42,600 nt of DNA, taken from assembly GCA_031398365.1 (NCBI GenBank), contig JANNND010000007.1, positions 1-42,600 of the forward strand. Direction: 5' to 3'. The stretch comes from Blastocatellia bacterium (GTDB lineage Bacteria; Acidobacteriota; Blastocatellia; RBC074). The position numbers were made by a program, and so were the translations under genes. The notes beneath the pieces are model-generated. The model was not told the DNA's origin and did not search any database. It saw nothing but the letters and a program-made list of their open reading frames with translations. Positions 17,336-27,094 of this stretch are shown here, piece by piece. Position 1 is the stretch's first letter. Each line of letters starts with the position of its first letter.

Positions 17336-19252
17336 TCAAGGTTTTTTGTCAGAGGGCTTCACGATTAAGTCGTCGGCACTGGTTTGGAATTTTTGATATT
17401 TGCTGAACTCAAACACCACTTCCCAATTCAAGCCATCGAATAAATCAAAGTTACCATCCGCATTCAGGCGAATCAACGTGGGGAACCAGATGCCATTGGG
17501 TTGGCGTTCTTGTTGATAAATGAGTGATGCCTCGCTGCGCGGCGCGGTGGATTGAATCAGATCGAAAACGGCTTTCGACGCTGGCCAGCCTTCCATTTTG
17601 ATGACGACTTTGTCTTCTGCATCAATCCAGATGGTTCCGACAATCTTTGCCAGATAGGTGTGTTTGGATGCGAGATTCATCCCTGCGCGCGGGCGAAAAC
17701 TCAAAACGGTCGTAGGCCGGTTGTTGATTGTTTCCGTGCGAGGAGAAAAGAATTCGCAAGCTTTCAAAACTGTTGTGACATCAATCGAAACGTAAGAAGG
17801 CTGGCCTTGAGAGATGCCGGTAATGCCCGCGGCGATGTAGCCTTCCGCTCCGGGTTGCGTCACGGGTTTTGGGTTGCGCTCCGCTTCTTCAAGTTCCTTG
17901 ACTGCGCGCTTGCGCTCATCCGCAACGTTTTTAGCAGCCAGACCGTTTGTGCTAAGCCGGATTAAAATATGCTCGCCGCGAATAGGATAGGCTTCAAATA
18001 CCTGTTGCTCACTGCTGACCGACTTTCCATGTGGATTCAGCGTGCGTTTGGTTTTTGTCAGTTGGTAGGTGTAATCAAAGAGCTTGCGGTGCATTGCCCC
18101 GCCGCGCTTTTCGCTTTGTTGTAGCAACTCAATGTATTCCGCAGTCAGCGGCGGAACAGCGACGAATATCGGCGGTTTCGGTTCAAACACTGTCGGCGTG
18201 GCATCAGTAGTGTTCGATGGTGTGGTAGGTTCTACCACATAAATGGAAGTTTGAGATTGAGCTGGCAAGGTCGCAACAGAAGCTTTTAATATCTCTTTTT
18301 GTTTGAGGTTTTCGATCATCGCCCTGATCTGTGCTGGGTCTTTCAGGTTTTTGGCGTCTTTGAGATATGCTTCTAATTCCTGTCGTGCATCGCCATATTT
18401 CGCTAGTTTATTGTACAAACCCGCCAAGTAGAAATGCGCCTCGGCGGCAGCGAGGCCACCCAATTGCAGGGCCTTTTTCAAGGCCGCTTCTGACTTATCT
18501 AATGTACCTCCTGTGCCGTATGCCAGCCCCAGCATCATTTGGGTATTGGAGTTGTTCGGCCCTAATTGAGATGATTTCTCCAGCCATTCGACCGCTTCTG
18601 GCAACAGATTGAGCTTGAGATGCGCAACGCCCAGTCCATACATGCAGCGCGGGCTTCGCTTGTTGACCTGCACTGCTCGGGTAAGCAACGGGATAGCGTC
18701 GTCGTAGCGCCCTATCTTGACATACTCAATTCCCAGCGCTTCCAATGCGTCATAATAATCGGGAAATAGCTCAACCGCTTTCTTGAAGGCCGTGATGGCT
18801 AGGTCAGATTTACCATTCTTTAATTCTTTAGCAGCCTTCTCATATTCTTTGAGCGCGGGCATTGGAACACCCTGAGCAAAAACTGGCGTTGTGGCACCGG
18901 GCGGGCTTGTGCCTTTTTTGAAGTTGAGCGTGAAATCTATCGGGTAAACTTCGGACGCCCCACCGATCTTTCTTAGCGAAGACAATTCAATCCAACCAGA
19001 CTGTTGTTCTTCGTAGGGTGTACCCGTCGTTTCAATACGGATAATATATCTGCCTGTGCGGACGCGTTTGGTAAACCGGCCTGACGAATCCACAAAAGCC
19101 GTGTAAATCGGCTGATAATTTTCGTCTTGGATGGAGATGCGAACATTGGAGACCGCTTGACCCTTGCCATCACGAACCGTACCGAGAATCTCGAAGGAAG
19201 TGTAAGTCTGGCCTTGAAAGACGAAGACCAAAAGTATGCTAAGCAGTGTCAT
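17336..19252 (-). CDS. Exported carboxypeptidase-regulatory-like + TPR protein with C-terminal MucB/RseB/LolA-like beta domain
   Basis: N-terminal half is a paralogue of 16327-17310; C-terminal LSFRPR...GTIWIDAEDKVVIKMEG...GIWFP...FSKYQKF. Confidence 0.75.
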   Translation of the reverse strand: MTLLSILLVFVFQGQTYTSFEILGTVRDGKGQAVSNVRISIQDENYQPIYTAFVDSSGRFTKRVRTGRYIIRIETTGTPYEEQQSGWIELSSLRKIGGASEVYPIDFTLNFKKGTSPPGATTPVFAQGVPMPALKEYEKAAKELKNGKSDLAITAFKKAVELFPDYYDALEALGIEYVKIGRYDDAIPLLTRAVQVNKRSPRCMYGLGVAHLKLNLLPEAVEWLEKSSQLGPNNSNTQMMLGLAYGTGGTLDKSEAALKKALQLGGLAAAEAHFYLAGLYNKLAKYGDARQELEAYLKDAKNLKDPAQIRAMIENLKQKEILKASVATLPAQSQTSIYVVEPTTPSNTTDATPTVFEPKPPIFVAVPPLTAEYIELLQQSEKRGGAMHRKLFDYTYQLTKTKRTLNPHGKSVSSEQQVFEAYPIRGEHILIRLSTNGLAAKNVADERKRAVKELEEAERNPKPVTQPGAEGYIAAGITGISQGQPSYVSIDVTTVLKACEFFSPRTETINNRPTTVLSFRPRAGMNLASKHTYLAKIVGTIWIDAEDKVVIKMEGWPASKAVFDLIQSTAPRSEASLIYQQERQPNGIWFPTLIRLNADGNFDLFDGLNWEVVFEFSKYQKFQTSADDLIVKPSDKKP

Positions 19253-19452
19253 ACAGTCCTTTACAGCATTGCCAAGATGAGTGCTTCAAGCAGTAATTCG
19301 GCGATGACTTGACGTTAAGAAAGCAAATGCAAAAAGAGTTGATAACTAAAATTTCTGGATGCAAAACATAAATCTCTCTATGTTATTATCGCCCTTGCGG
19401 TAAAGCCGTGAGACACGTAGCTTCAGTCAGAAATTACAGGTGTAAAAGTAAC

Positions 19453-20307
19453 ATGAGATTAGATCGTTGTACCAGCTTAGCGCTAACTGTAACCTTGTTA
19501 AGTCAGGCCTTTGCACAACGGCCAAAGAATATTGTTTACCGTGTTGAGCCGAAGTTATCTATTAGGAAAGCTGCAAGCCCAGAGAACACAACGCTGAAAG
19601 AGAACATGGCTTGGACATTTGGTGGTAAGTTGCAACGCGGATGGCAGCTCTATGAACCGCTGATTACGCAGTTTGTTCGGTTTGAAGGGAATGCAAATAG
19701 TGAAGAGTTTGCAACTGCGCTGTCGCGTTGGCAGCAATCCGTGGATCTTACTGCGACAGGAATTCTTAATCAGGAAACCTGGATGAAAATGGTGGAGCTT
19801 TGGCAAGCACGACGCCGCAAAGACAGTACAATCCCACCACCTGAGAAATTGGTGACGGTTTCCGCTGCTGAGTTTTACGATCCTGAACGTCCTGCCGAAT
19901 TACGCCAGGTTGAACGCGAAACGTATGTTGCCTATCAAAGAATGTTGAGAGCGGCGGCTAAGGATTTGAATCTGGCCTTGGATGCTGAAGGCAAGTTGGC
20001 TGCGTCAGAATCATATTTAAAAATCATTTCGGCGTTCCGGTCGCCTGAATACCAACAGCGACTGCGCGCACAGTCGCCCAATGCCGGGCGCGCCGGGCTG
20101 GCTATCAATAGTCCACACTTTACCGGGCGCACACTGGATTTATATGTAGGCGGCGAACCTGTCAGTACGAAAGATGCGAATCGCGCTTTGCAAACGAATA
20201 CGAAGGTGTATCGGTGGCTGGTGAAAAACGCCAGCAAATTTGGCTTTATCCCCTATTTTTATGAACCCTGGCATTGGGAGTACAACCCATCCTCTGCCCA
20301 ACAATAA
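19453..20307 (+). CDS. M15B (VanY-like) D-Ala-D-Ala carboxypeptidase with peptidoglycan-binding-like N-terminal domain
   Basis: SAFRSPEYQ, SPHFTGRTLD and EPWHWEY zinc motifs; ALSRWQ...TGILNQETW PG-binding pattern; start uncertain (19408 or 19453). Confidence 0.85.
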   Translation: MRLDRCTSLALTVTLLSQAFAQRPKNIVYRVEPKLSIRKAASPENTTLKENMAWTFGGKLQRGWQLYEPLITQFVRFEGNANSEEFATALSRWQQSVDLTATGILNQETWMKMVELWQARRRKDSTIPPPEKLVTVSAAEFYDPERPAELRQVERETYVAYQRMLRAAAKDLNLALDAEGKLAASESYLKIISAFRSPEYQQRLRAQSPNAGRAGLAINSPHFTGRTLDLYVGGEPVSTKDANRALQTNTKVYRWLVKNASKFGFIPYFYEPWHWEYNPSSAQQ

Positions 20308-20319
20308 ATCCAATCTGAC

Positions 20320-21099
20320 ATGAAATTTTTGACCTCACTGAAAGCAGGCTGCCGCTTGGGCGCATTGCTGATGATTCCGACCTTGCTGGCTTTTTCCGGG
20401 GCTTTGGCGCAGGAGTCAATTACGCGGGCGCGCAAAGTTTTACCGGAGCGCAAAACCGCTGCGCCCAAAGCCAAACCTAAACCCAAAGTAAAACCTAAGC
20501 CCCTCACCGCCCGTGAAAGCGCAGAGGCGAAAGAACGATTGCAGGGGCTTGGTTATTGGCTGCGAGGAGATGCTGAGTCGTTTCGTCAGGCGCTGATCGC
20601 CTTTCAGAAAGTCGAAGGGTTAAAGCCGACGGGGAGGCTGACCTGGACAGACTTAGATCAATTGCGCGTGGCGAATCCGCCTGTGCCAAAAGAAGCCAAG
20701 ACGTTGGAAGAGGGCAAGATTCGGGTCGAAGTGGATTTGCGACGGCAGGTGCTTTTCGTCATTGAGGGCGAAAATAAAGTGATAAAAGTTCTCTCTGTCT
20801 CTTCGGGCAACGGGAAGGAATTTTCATCTGAAGGGTTTCTGCGTGATGCGGTCACGCCGCCTGGCCGATTCAATGTTACAAATAAAATTAAGGGCTGGCG
20901 TAAAAGCGCGCTCGGCCTGCTGTATTATCCGAACTACTTTCTTTCCGGTTTGGCCATTCACGGCAGCAAATTTGTCCCCGCCTATCCCGACTCCCACGGT
21001 TGCATTCGAATTCCGATGTATGCGGCGGAAGAGTTTTATCAGATGGCGACGATGGGGACAGAAATCCTGGTTCACGGGCAACCGGAAGTGAAGAAGTGA
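20320..21099 (+). CDS. L,D-transpeptidase (YkuD family) with PG-binding domain
   Basis: ALIAFQK...PTGRL, VSSG, TPPG, AIHG...SHGCIR catalytic motif. Confidence 0.9.
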   Translation: MKFLTSLKAGCRLGALLMIPTLLAFSGALAQESITRARKVLPERKTAAPKAKPKPKVKPKPLTARESAEAKERLQGLGYWLRGDAESFRQALIAFQKVEGLKPTGRLTWTDLDQLRVANPPVPKEAKTLEEGKIRVEVDLRRQVLFVIEGENKVIKVLSVSSGNGKEFSSEGFLRDAVTPPGRFNVTNKIKGWRKSALGLLYYPNYFLSGLAIHGSKFVPAYPDSHGCIRIPMYAAEEFYQMATMGTEILVHGQPEVKK

Positions 21100-21103
21100 G
21101 CGC

Positions 21104-22888
21104 TTAGTTGGAGGTGGAGGCGGGCGCGTAATGAGCTAACAATTTAGTCGTTTCTTCGTGGACGTAATGATTTACCTCCGACGGAGTTTTCAGCGTTAGC
21201 ACGTGCGCAGCAAGCGCGCGGGCGGCATCCAAATCAACGGCGCGGATTACTCGTTTAATCAGGGGAATCGCGCTCGGCGTCATACTCAGATCGTAAAGTC
21301 CCAAGCCTAATAACACGAGCGCCTGTGCCGGATTCGAAGCCATTTCACCACATACGGTAATGGGAATCTGCGCGTTCTGGGCGGTATCCACCAACATTTT
21401 GATGGCGCGCAGGACGCCGGGATGGAGCGAATCGAAAAGGTAGTTCACATATTCATTCGCGCGGTCTACGGCCAGCAAATACTGCGTCAAATCATTTGTG
21501 CCAAGGCTAAAGAAGGCGGCTTCGTGCGCGAAATGTTCGGCCAGGAAAACCGCGCTGGGAACTTCAATCATCACGCCGATTTCCAAGTCACTGTTATGCG
21601 GAATGTTTTGGTCCTGGAGTTTCCGGGCCTCTTCGAGAATCGTTTGTTTGGCGTGGCGCAACTCATCCAGATTGGAAATCATCGGCAGGACAATTTTGAG
21701 ATGACCGTGCACGGCAGCCCGCAAAATTGCGCGCAGTTGGGTGCGAAAAACCTCTTCGACTTTGAATGACAAGCGGATGGCGCGCAGCCCCAGAGCCGGA
21801 TTTCGTTCGGGTTTGAAGCCGCTCAGGTGAAGCTTGTCACCACCTAAATCAAAGGTGCGAATGACCGCGCCTGGCGCGCCGCTGGTTTCTGCCAGCAGCT
21901 TATACACTTCGAACTGTTCTTCTTCGCTCGGCAAACCAGACTCCGCTTTGGCGTACAAAAATTCCGAGCGGAATAGCCCGATGCCAGCGGCATTAAAGCG
22001 CTGCACCGCACTAATTTCATCTGTCAGTTCGATGTTCGCGCGCAACGCTATTAGCTGACCATCGCGGGTAATGGCCGGCAGGCTGCGTTCTTCCAAATCA
22101 TAGACCGCTTGTTGTTGTTCGCGGGATCGTTGCTCCAAATAAAATCGCAACGTGTCAGGCGCAGGCCGCACAATCACCTGCCCGGCGTTGCCGTCAATGA
22201 TGATCGTTTCGCCCGAACGAATATGCGATGTGATGTGGCGCAATCCTGCGACCGCAGGAATGTTCAGGCTGCGCGCGATGATCGCTGTGTGCGAAGTCCA
22301 ACCGCCAATATTCGTCGCAAAGCCGTGAATTTTTTCGGTGTTCAGTTCCGCCGCAATTGAAGGGAGCAATTCATCGGCGATCAGGATTGCGTCTTCGGAA
22401 AAATTCTCGAAGAGGCGGGGTTGTGTGCCGGAAAGAATGGTAATAATGCGGTTGGAAACGTCTTCCAGATCGGTGCTGCGCGCCCGCATATATTCGTCGG
22501 TGATTTCGGCATAAATCTCCAACAGCCGATTGGAAACGACGCGTACAGCCCATTCTGCATTGGCGCGATTGGCGCGAATAAATTGTTCGATTTGGCGACC
22601 AATGGTTTGATCTTGGAGTAATAAAACGTGGGCTTCCAGAATGTAAGCTTGCTCTTCGCCGAGCGCTTCGCGTAACCGCTGATAGACCGCGGCCAGTTGT
22701 TCCTGCGCAATCTCTACGGCCTGGCGAAAGCGCTTAACTTCATTTTCGACATCCGCCTCACGCAACCGTACACGAATGATGCGACCGCGCGGATCGTCGA
22801 CAAGAAAGGCTGTGCCAATGGCGACACCAGGACAGATGCCAATGCCGCCCAGCCGTTCTTCTGTTGAAGTTTTTAGTTGCGCCGACAT
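21104..22888 (-). CDS. ptsI: PTS enzyme I (PEP-protein phosphotransferase)
   Basis: TSHTAI phospho-His, GIGLFRSEF, RTFDLGGDK, NPALGLRAIR, GTNDLTQY, CGEMA; no GAF domain. Confidence 0.95.
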   Translation of the reverse strand: MSAQLKTSTEERLGGIGICPGVAIGTAFLVDDPRGRIIRVRLREADVENEVKRFRQAVEIAQEQLAAVYQRLREALGEEQAYILEAHVLLLQDQTIGRQIEQFIRANRANAEWAVRVVSNRLLEIYAEITDEYMRARSTDLEDVSNRIITILSGTQPRLFENFSEDAILIADELLPSIAAELNTEKIHGFATNIGGWTSHTAIIARSLNIPAVAGLRHITSHIRSGETIIIDGNAGQVIVRPAPDTLRFYLEQRSREQQQAVYDLEERSLPAITRDGQLIALRANIELTDEISAVQRFNAAGIGLFRSEFLYAKAESGLPSEEEQFEVYKLLAETSGAPGAVIRTFDLGGDKLHLSGFKPERNPALGLRAIRLSFKVEEVFRTQLRAILRAAVHGHLKIVLPMISNLDELRHAKQTILEEARKLQDQNIPHNSDLEIGVMIEVPSAVFLAEHFAHEAAFFSLGTNDLTQYLLAVDRANEYVNYLFDSLHPGVLRAIKMLVDTAQNAQIPITVCGEMASNPAQALVLLGLGLYDLSMTPSAIPLIKRVIRAVDLDAARALAAHVLTLKTPSEVNHYVHEETTKLLAHYAPASTSN

Positions 22889-22895
22889 GGGTAGG

Positions 22896-22968
22896 TTGCG
22901 GATTTGGGATTACGGGTTGATGTAACCAACACTAGCGATTACCTCAATCCACAATCTGCGCGCCGCAA
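22896..22968. repeat. Degenerate heptamer (AATCCGC-type) inverted repeat
   Basis: TTGCGGATTTGGGATTACGGGTTG ... CAATCCACAATCTGCGCGCCGCAA. Confidence 0.5.
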
Positions 22969-23247
22969 TTATTCCTGTTCTCCAAATTTCTCTTCAATCA
23001 GCCGGCTTAATGCTTCTATCGCAGCCTGTTCATCCTCGCCTTCCGTCGTCATCTTGATTTCAGTATGTTGCGTCGCCGCCAGCAATAATACACCCAAAAT
23101 GTGCTTGGCGTCTGCTGTTCTGGTGGGTACATCACAACGGGCAAGCTGCACCGAACTGCGAAAACTGCTGGCCAGGCGCACCAACTTTGCTGCTGCCCGC
23201 GCGTGCAGACCAAGACGGTTCGGGATGACAATACGACGGCTTTGCAT
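22969..23247 (-). CDS. ptsH: HPr-family phosphocarrier
   Basis: NRLGLHARAA (His15), EGEDEQAA...KFGE; the Ser46-equivalent position reads DAKHIL. Confidence 0.93.
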   Translation of the reverse strand: MQSRRIVIPNRLGLHARAAAKLVRLASSFRSSVQLARCDVPTRTADAKHILGVLLLAATQHTEIKMTTEGEDEQAAIEALSRLIEEKFGEQE

Positions 23248-23321
23248 AGAGACCTGGTCTAGCGAGCTACATCGGGTTTGTAGCGTTCATAAAGTCAACG
23301 AAGCTACAGACCCATAGACTT

Positions 23322-23729
23322 TTATTTCGGGGCCAGCACTTCGCTCGCCAAATAAATATTCTTCTGGCCTTGATCGCGCACGCGTTGGGCAATGACGGTC
23401 AGAGTTTCGTCGGGTTGCTGATCGGCTAATCGAATGACCATGGGTAAATTGACTCCCGTGACGACTTCAATTGGAGCGTTGCCCAGAAATGTGCAAGCCA
23501 GATTCGTTGGGGTGCCGCCGAACATATCGGTCAACACCAAAACGCCTGCTCCGACTTCCACGCGGCCAATAGCACGGCTGATTTCTTCGCGGGCAATATC
23601 AACATCATCGTGCCAGCCAATAGAAACGGCAGTGATGTGCTGAATATCGCCCACAATGGTTTCGGCTGCGCTCAACAATTCATTGGCGAGGCTGCCGTGC
23701 GTGACGATGACTCCTCCGATTAAGGGCAT
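23322..23729 (-). CDS. PTS EIIA mannose/fructose-type component
   Basis: VIVTHGSLA, LTDMFGGTPTN, VTGVNLPM; start moved to ATG 23729. Confidence 0.92.
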   Translation of the reverse strand: MPLIGGVIVTHGSLANELLSAAETIVGDIQHITAVSIGWHDDVDIAREEISRAIGRVEVGAGVLVLTDMFGGTPTNLACTFLGNAPIEVVTGVNLPMVIRLADQQPDETLTVIAQRVRDQGQKNIYLASEVLAPK

Positions 23730-23740
23730 AAGTTTTAGGG

Positions 23741-23800
23741 AATTGATAGGTGATAATTGAAAATTGATAACTACCAATTGTCAATTGTCAATTATCAATT
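23741..23800. repeat. Heptamer (AATTGAT/ATCAATT-type) inverted repeat
   Basis: AATTGATAG...AATTGAAAATTGATA facing CAATTGTCAATTGTCAATTATCAATT. Confidence 0.65.
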
Positions 23801-24659
23801 ACTTTTTCACATCGCGGTGCATCACGTGGGCGTGATGACCTTGACGATTCAAATGTTTGCCTAATTCGTTCGCGGTATACACCGAACGATGTTTGCCGCC
23901 TGTGCAACCAATCGCTATGGTCACATAGCTTTTGCCTTCGCGCCGGTACAGCGGCAGTAAATAATCCAACAAGGAAGTGAATCGTGCAACTGTATCTGCC
24001 ACTTCCTGATTCGTTTCCAAAAATGTAATCACGGGTTGATCGTTGCCTGTGAATTCCTTCAGCTCTGGGACAAAAAATGGATTCGGTAAAAAACGCACGT
24101 CCAGCATGATGTCCGCATCAATGGGGACGCCGTGTTTGTAGCCGAAACTCATCACCGTGATCTCGGTCGTGGCTTCGGTATTGTCCGACGCAAAGCGCTT
24201 TTTGAGAAAGGCGCGTAAGGTGTGAACCGTGTGGTCGGACGTATCAATCACAATGTCCGCCAAGGCGCGAATGGGCGCTAAATGCGTGCGCTCCTCCTGA
24301 ATCGCTTGCAGTACCGTGCCTTCGCCAATCGGATGCGGACGACGCGTTTCGCTGTAACGACGTTGCAACGCGGAATCGCTGGCTTCCAGGAAAATTACTG
24401 TCGTTTCAATATCGGTGCGCCCCCGCAGCTTGGCATAAACCTGCGGAAAGCGCTTCAGAAACTCGCCTTCGCGAATGTTGACGCCGAGCGCCGCGTGCGT
24501 GATGCCGGATTCCTTGCGATCAAAAAGTTGAATGAAACTTGGAATCAACTGCACGGGTAAATTGTCTACGCAAAAGTAACCCATGTCTTCGTAAACGTTC
24601 ATCGCCGCCGACATGCCTGCGCCGCTGAGTCCTGTGATAATGACGAGTTGAGGAAGCAT
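23799..24659 (-). CDS. rapZ: RNase adapter RapZ/YvcJ family P-loop protein
   Basis: FCVDNLP, RRYSETRRPHP, SFGYKHG, DVRFLPNP, IGCTGGKHRSV; start moved to ATG 24659. Confidence 0.93.
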   Translation of the reverse strand: MLPQLVIITGLSGAGMSAAMNVYEDMGYFCVDNLPVQLIPSFIQLFDRKESGITHAALGVNIREGEFLKRFPQVYAKLRGRTDIETTVIFLEASDSALQRRYSETRRPHPIGEGTVLQAIQEERTHLAPIRALADIVIDTSDHTVHTLRAFLKKRFASDNTEATTEITVMSFGYKHGVPIDADIMLDVRFLPNPFFVPELKEFTGNDQPVITFLETNQEVADTVARFTSLLDYLLPLYRREGKSYVTIAIGCTGGKHRSVYTANELGKHLNRQGHHAHVMHRDVKK

Positions 24660-24669
24660 AAAAATACAG

Positions 24670-24788
24670 GAAATCAAAAGGCAAAGGGCAAAAGTGAAAA
24701 GGGCGGAACTTATTTATTTATGGAAGTAAGAAATTTACTTCACTTCTTACTTTTGCCTTTTGATATTTGCCTTTTGCCTTTTGATTTC
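24670..24788. repeat. Heptamer (AAAAGGC-type) long inverted repeat
   Basis: Perfect 16-bp arms GAAATCAAAAGGCAAA / TTTGCCTTTTGATTTC with more degenerate units inside and a central GAAGTAA/TTACTTC hairpin. Confidence 0.75.
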
Positions 24789-24789
24789 A

Positions 24790-25323
24790 TCAAGGTTCAA
24801 TCAAACCAAAATTTCCGTCCTTGCGTTTGTACATTACACCGATGCGTTCGGTTTCGGCGTCGCGAAAAACCAGAAATTGTTCGGTGTCACTGGCGACCTG
24901 AAGCATGGCTTCTTCAGGAGTCATCGGCTTGACCGAATAGCGCCGCGAGCGAATGATGCGCGGTGCTGGCGCGGTGGGGATCGCTTCGGGAACCGGACTT
25001 GGTGCCACTAAACTCGTAGCGACTGCGTGATGTTTGCGATCAATGATTTTGCCTTTGAGCTTTTGCACCTGATGCTGCAATTTCTTGACAGCCTGGGCAA
25101 TGGAACCATACATATCGCTGGTATCGGCATTGCTGGTAAATTCGTGGTCTTTCCAGTGGACAACGATTTCGGCAACATGCCGATGATGTTTTTCGACGCT
25201 CAGGATTACGTGTGTTTTTGTGGAGCCATTCAAGATCGGGTCCAGCTTCGTGAATTGTTCCTGGGTGTGTTTCCTAATGGCGGGAGAGATGGTGAAGTTG
25301 CGGCCAGTAAATTCAATTTTCAT
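24790..25323 (-). CDS. hpf: Long ribosome hibernation-promoting factor (HPF/RaiA)
   Basis: [16 protein letters not shown]-terminal KPMTPEEA...FLVF...[13 protein letters not shown]. Confidence 0.93.
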   Translation of the reverse strand: MKIEFTGRNFTISPAIRKHTQEQFTKLDPILNGSTKTHVILSVEKHHRHVAEIVVHWKDHEFTSNADTSDMYGSIAQAVKKLQHQVQKLKGKIIDRKHHAVATSLVAPSPVPEAIPTAPAPRIIRSRRYSVKPMTPEEAMLQVASDTEQFLVFRDAETERIGVMYKRKDGNFGLIEP

Positions 25324-25459
25324 CGCGCCTCCTTGCGGTGGTTGGGTCTAATGATTGTCAATTTGTGGGGGCGAATATTGTGCTACGGGGAAGGGGGTCT
25401 GTCGAGTCATTAAAGTGCATTGAGTCCGCGTTTTCAACGTACGCTATAGACGCTCTGGA

Positions 25460-27082
25460 TTAGATGACTTGCTTACGTTCGCGTGAACCGGGGATACGCA
25501 ATTGATCGCGGTATTTGGCGACCGTGCGGCGCGAAAGTTTTTGTCCTTCCTGCGCGAGAATCTTGGCAATCTCATCGTCGGTGAGAGGGTTTTTTGCGTC
25601 TTCAGCTTCAATCATTTTTTTGATTTTGAGTTTAATAATGCGGGTCGAAACTTCCTCGCCGTCTTCGTTTGTCATGCCTTCTGTGAAGAAGCGGCGCAAC
25701 TCAATCACGCCTTGCGGGGTGTGCGCATATTTGCCGTTGACAACGCGCGACACAGTCGAAAGATGCATGCCAATGTCTTCGGAAATATCCTTGAGCATCA
25801 TCGGTTTGATGTATTCGACGCCGCGATCCAGAAAGTCGCGCTGGCGATAGACGATTTGCTCACAGACCCGATAAATGGTTTGTTTGCGATGCTCAATATT
25901 TTTCAGCAAATCCACGGCGGAGCGAAAACGGTCTTTGATGTAATCGCGCGTTTCCTTCGAGGTATCTTTATTTTCCATCATCCGCCGATATTGCGAATTG
26001 ATGCGAAGCTGCGGCAGTCCGTCATCATTGAAGCGAATGAGGTAATCGTCATCCATTTTTTCAATGTAGACTTCCGGCTCGACATACTGCGCATTGCTCG
26101 GCGCGAACTTGCGGCCTGGATGCGGTTCGAGCTGTTTGATCAGTTTGAGTTCGTTGACAATGTCTTCAATCGGGATGTTCAGTTCGCGCGACAATTCGGG
26201 CAGCTTGTGATTTTGCAATTTGTAAAAATGCTGTAGTACCAAGGCGACCGCCAACCGATCTCCATAACCCAGCAGGCGCAATTGCAGCGCCAGGCACTCT
26301 TGCAAATTACAAGCTCCGACGCCGGGCGGGTCAAACTGGGCGATCACGTCGAAGGCCTGATTCACAGTTTCCATTGACCAGCCACCGAGTTCGGCAATCT
26401 CTTCGCGCGTGCCTTCCAGATACCCATCATTATTCAGATTGCCGATGATGGCCTCGGCGGCGGCGCGCACGTCCGGCGTGGTTTGCGTCATCCGCAATTG
26501 CCAATCCAAGTATTCGCCCAAAGTTTGTTCCGAGGACAGGAATTGCTCAAAGGTGGGGCCTTCTTTGGTTTCGGTTTCACGCGTGCGATAGCCGGGATCA
26601 AGATACTCTTCAAACGTTTGCCCGAAATCAATTTCCTCAAATGAATCGCGCTCGCCTACTTCTCTTTCGCCCGTATCATTGGTGCTGGCAGTGGTCGTCG
26701 CGGATGCCGCACCTTCGGCGTAATTATCAAAGCTGTTGTCGTTGCTAAATTCACGGGTTTCGTTGCCGCCGAAATCACTGGCTTCGCCCGCGCCATTCAC
26801 ATAATTTGTGGTTTCGCTGCCCGCGCTATAATCATTGGTTCCGTTGAGCGCGCTGGCAGGAGAGTCTTCGGCAAAATCCGTGCCGCCCAGACTGGGCGCT
26901 ACGGAAATTTCTTCGGGCGAGAGTTCTTCGAGAATGGGGTTTTCCTGTAATTGCTGCGTGACTAAATCACCCAATTCCATCTTCGTCATTTGCAGCATTT
27001 CAATGCGTTGCCGGAGCTGCGGGGTAAGTACCAGCCCAAGGTTTTGACGAAGTGATTGTGAGAGTCCCTGCTTGAATGACAT
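25460..27082 (-). CDS. rpoN: RNA polymerase sigma-54 factor
   Basis: LTPQLRQ region [23 protein letters not shown] RpoN box. Confidence 0.97.
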   Translation of the reverse strand: MSFKQGLSQSLRQNLGLVLTPQLRQRIEMLQMTKMELGDLVTQQLQENPILEELSPEEISVAPSLGGTDFAEDSPASALNGTNDYSAGSETTNYVNGAGEASDFGGNETREFSNDNSFDNYAEGAASATTTASTNDTGEREVGERDSFEEIDFGQTFEEYLDPGYRTRETETKEGPTFEQFLSSEQTLGEYLDWQLRMTQTTPDVRAAAEAIIGNLNNDGYLEGTREEIAELGGWSMETVNQAFDVIAQFDPPGVGACNLQECLALQLRLLGYGDRLAVALVLQHFYKLQNHKLPELSRELNIPIEDIVNELKLIKQLEPHPGRKFAPSNAQYVEPEVYIEKMDDDYLIRFNDDGLPQLRINSQYRRMMENKDTSKETRDYIKDRFRSAVDLLKNIEHRKQTIYRVCEQIVYRQRDFLDRGVEYIKPMMLKDISEDIGMHLSTVSRVVNGKYAHTPQGVIELRRFFTEGMTNEDGEEVSTRIIKLKIKKMIEAEDAKNPLTDDEIAKILAQEGQKLSRRTVAKYRDQLRIPGSRERKQVI

Positions 27083-27094
27083 AAAAACGCAAAG

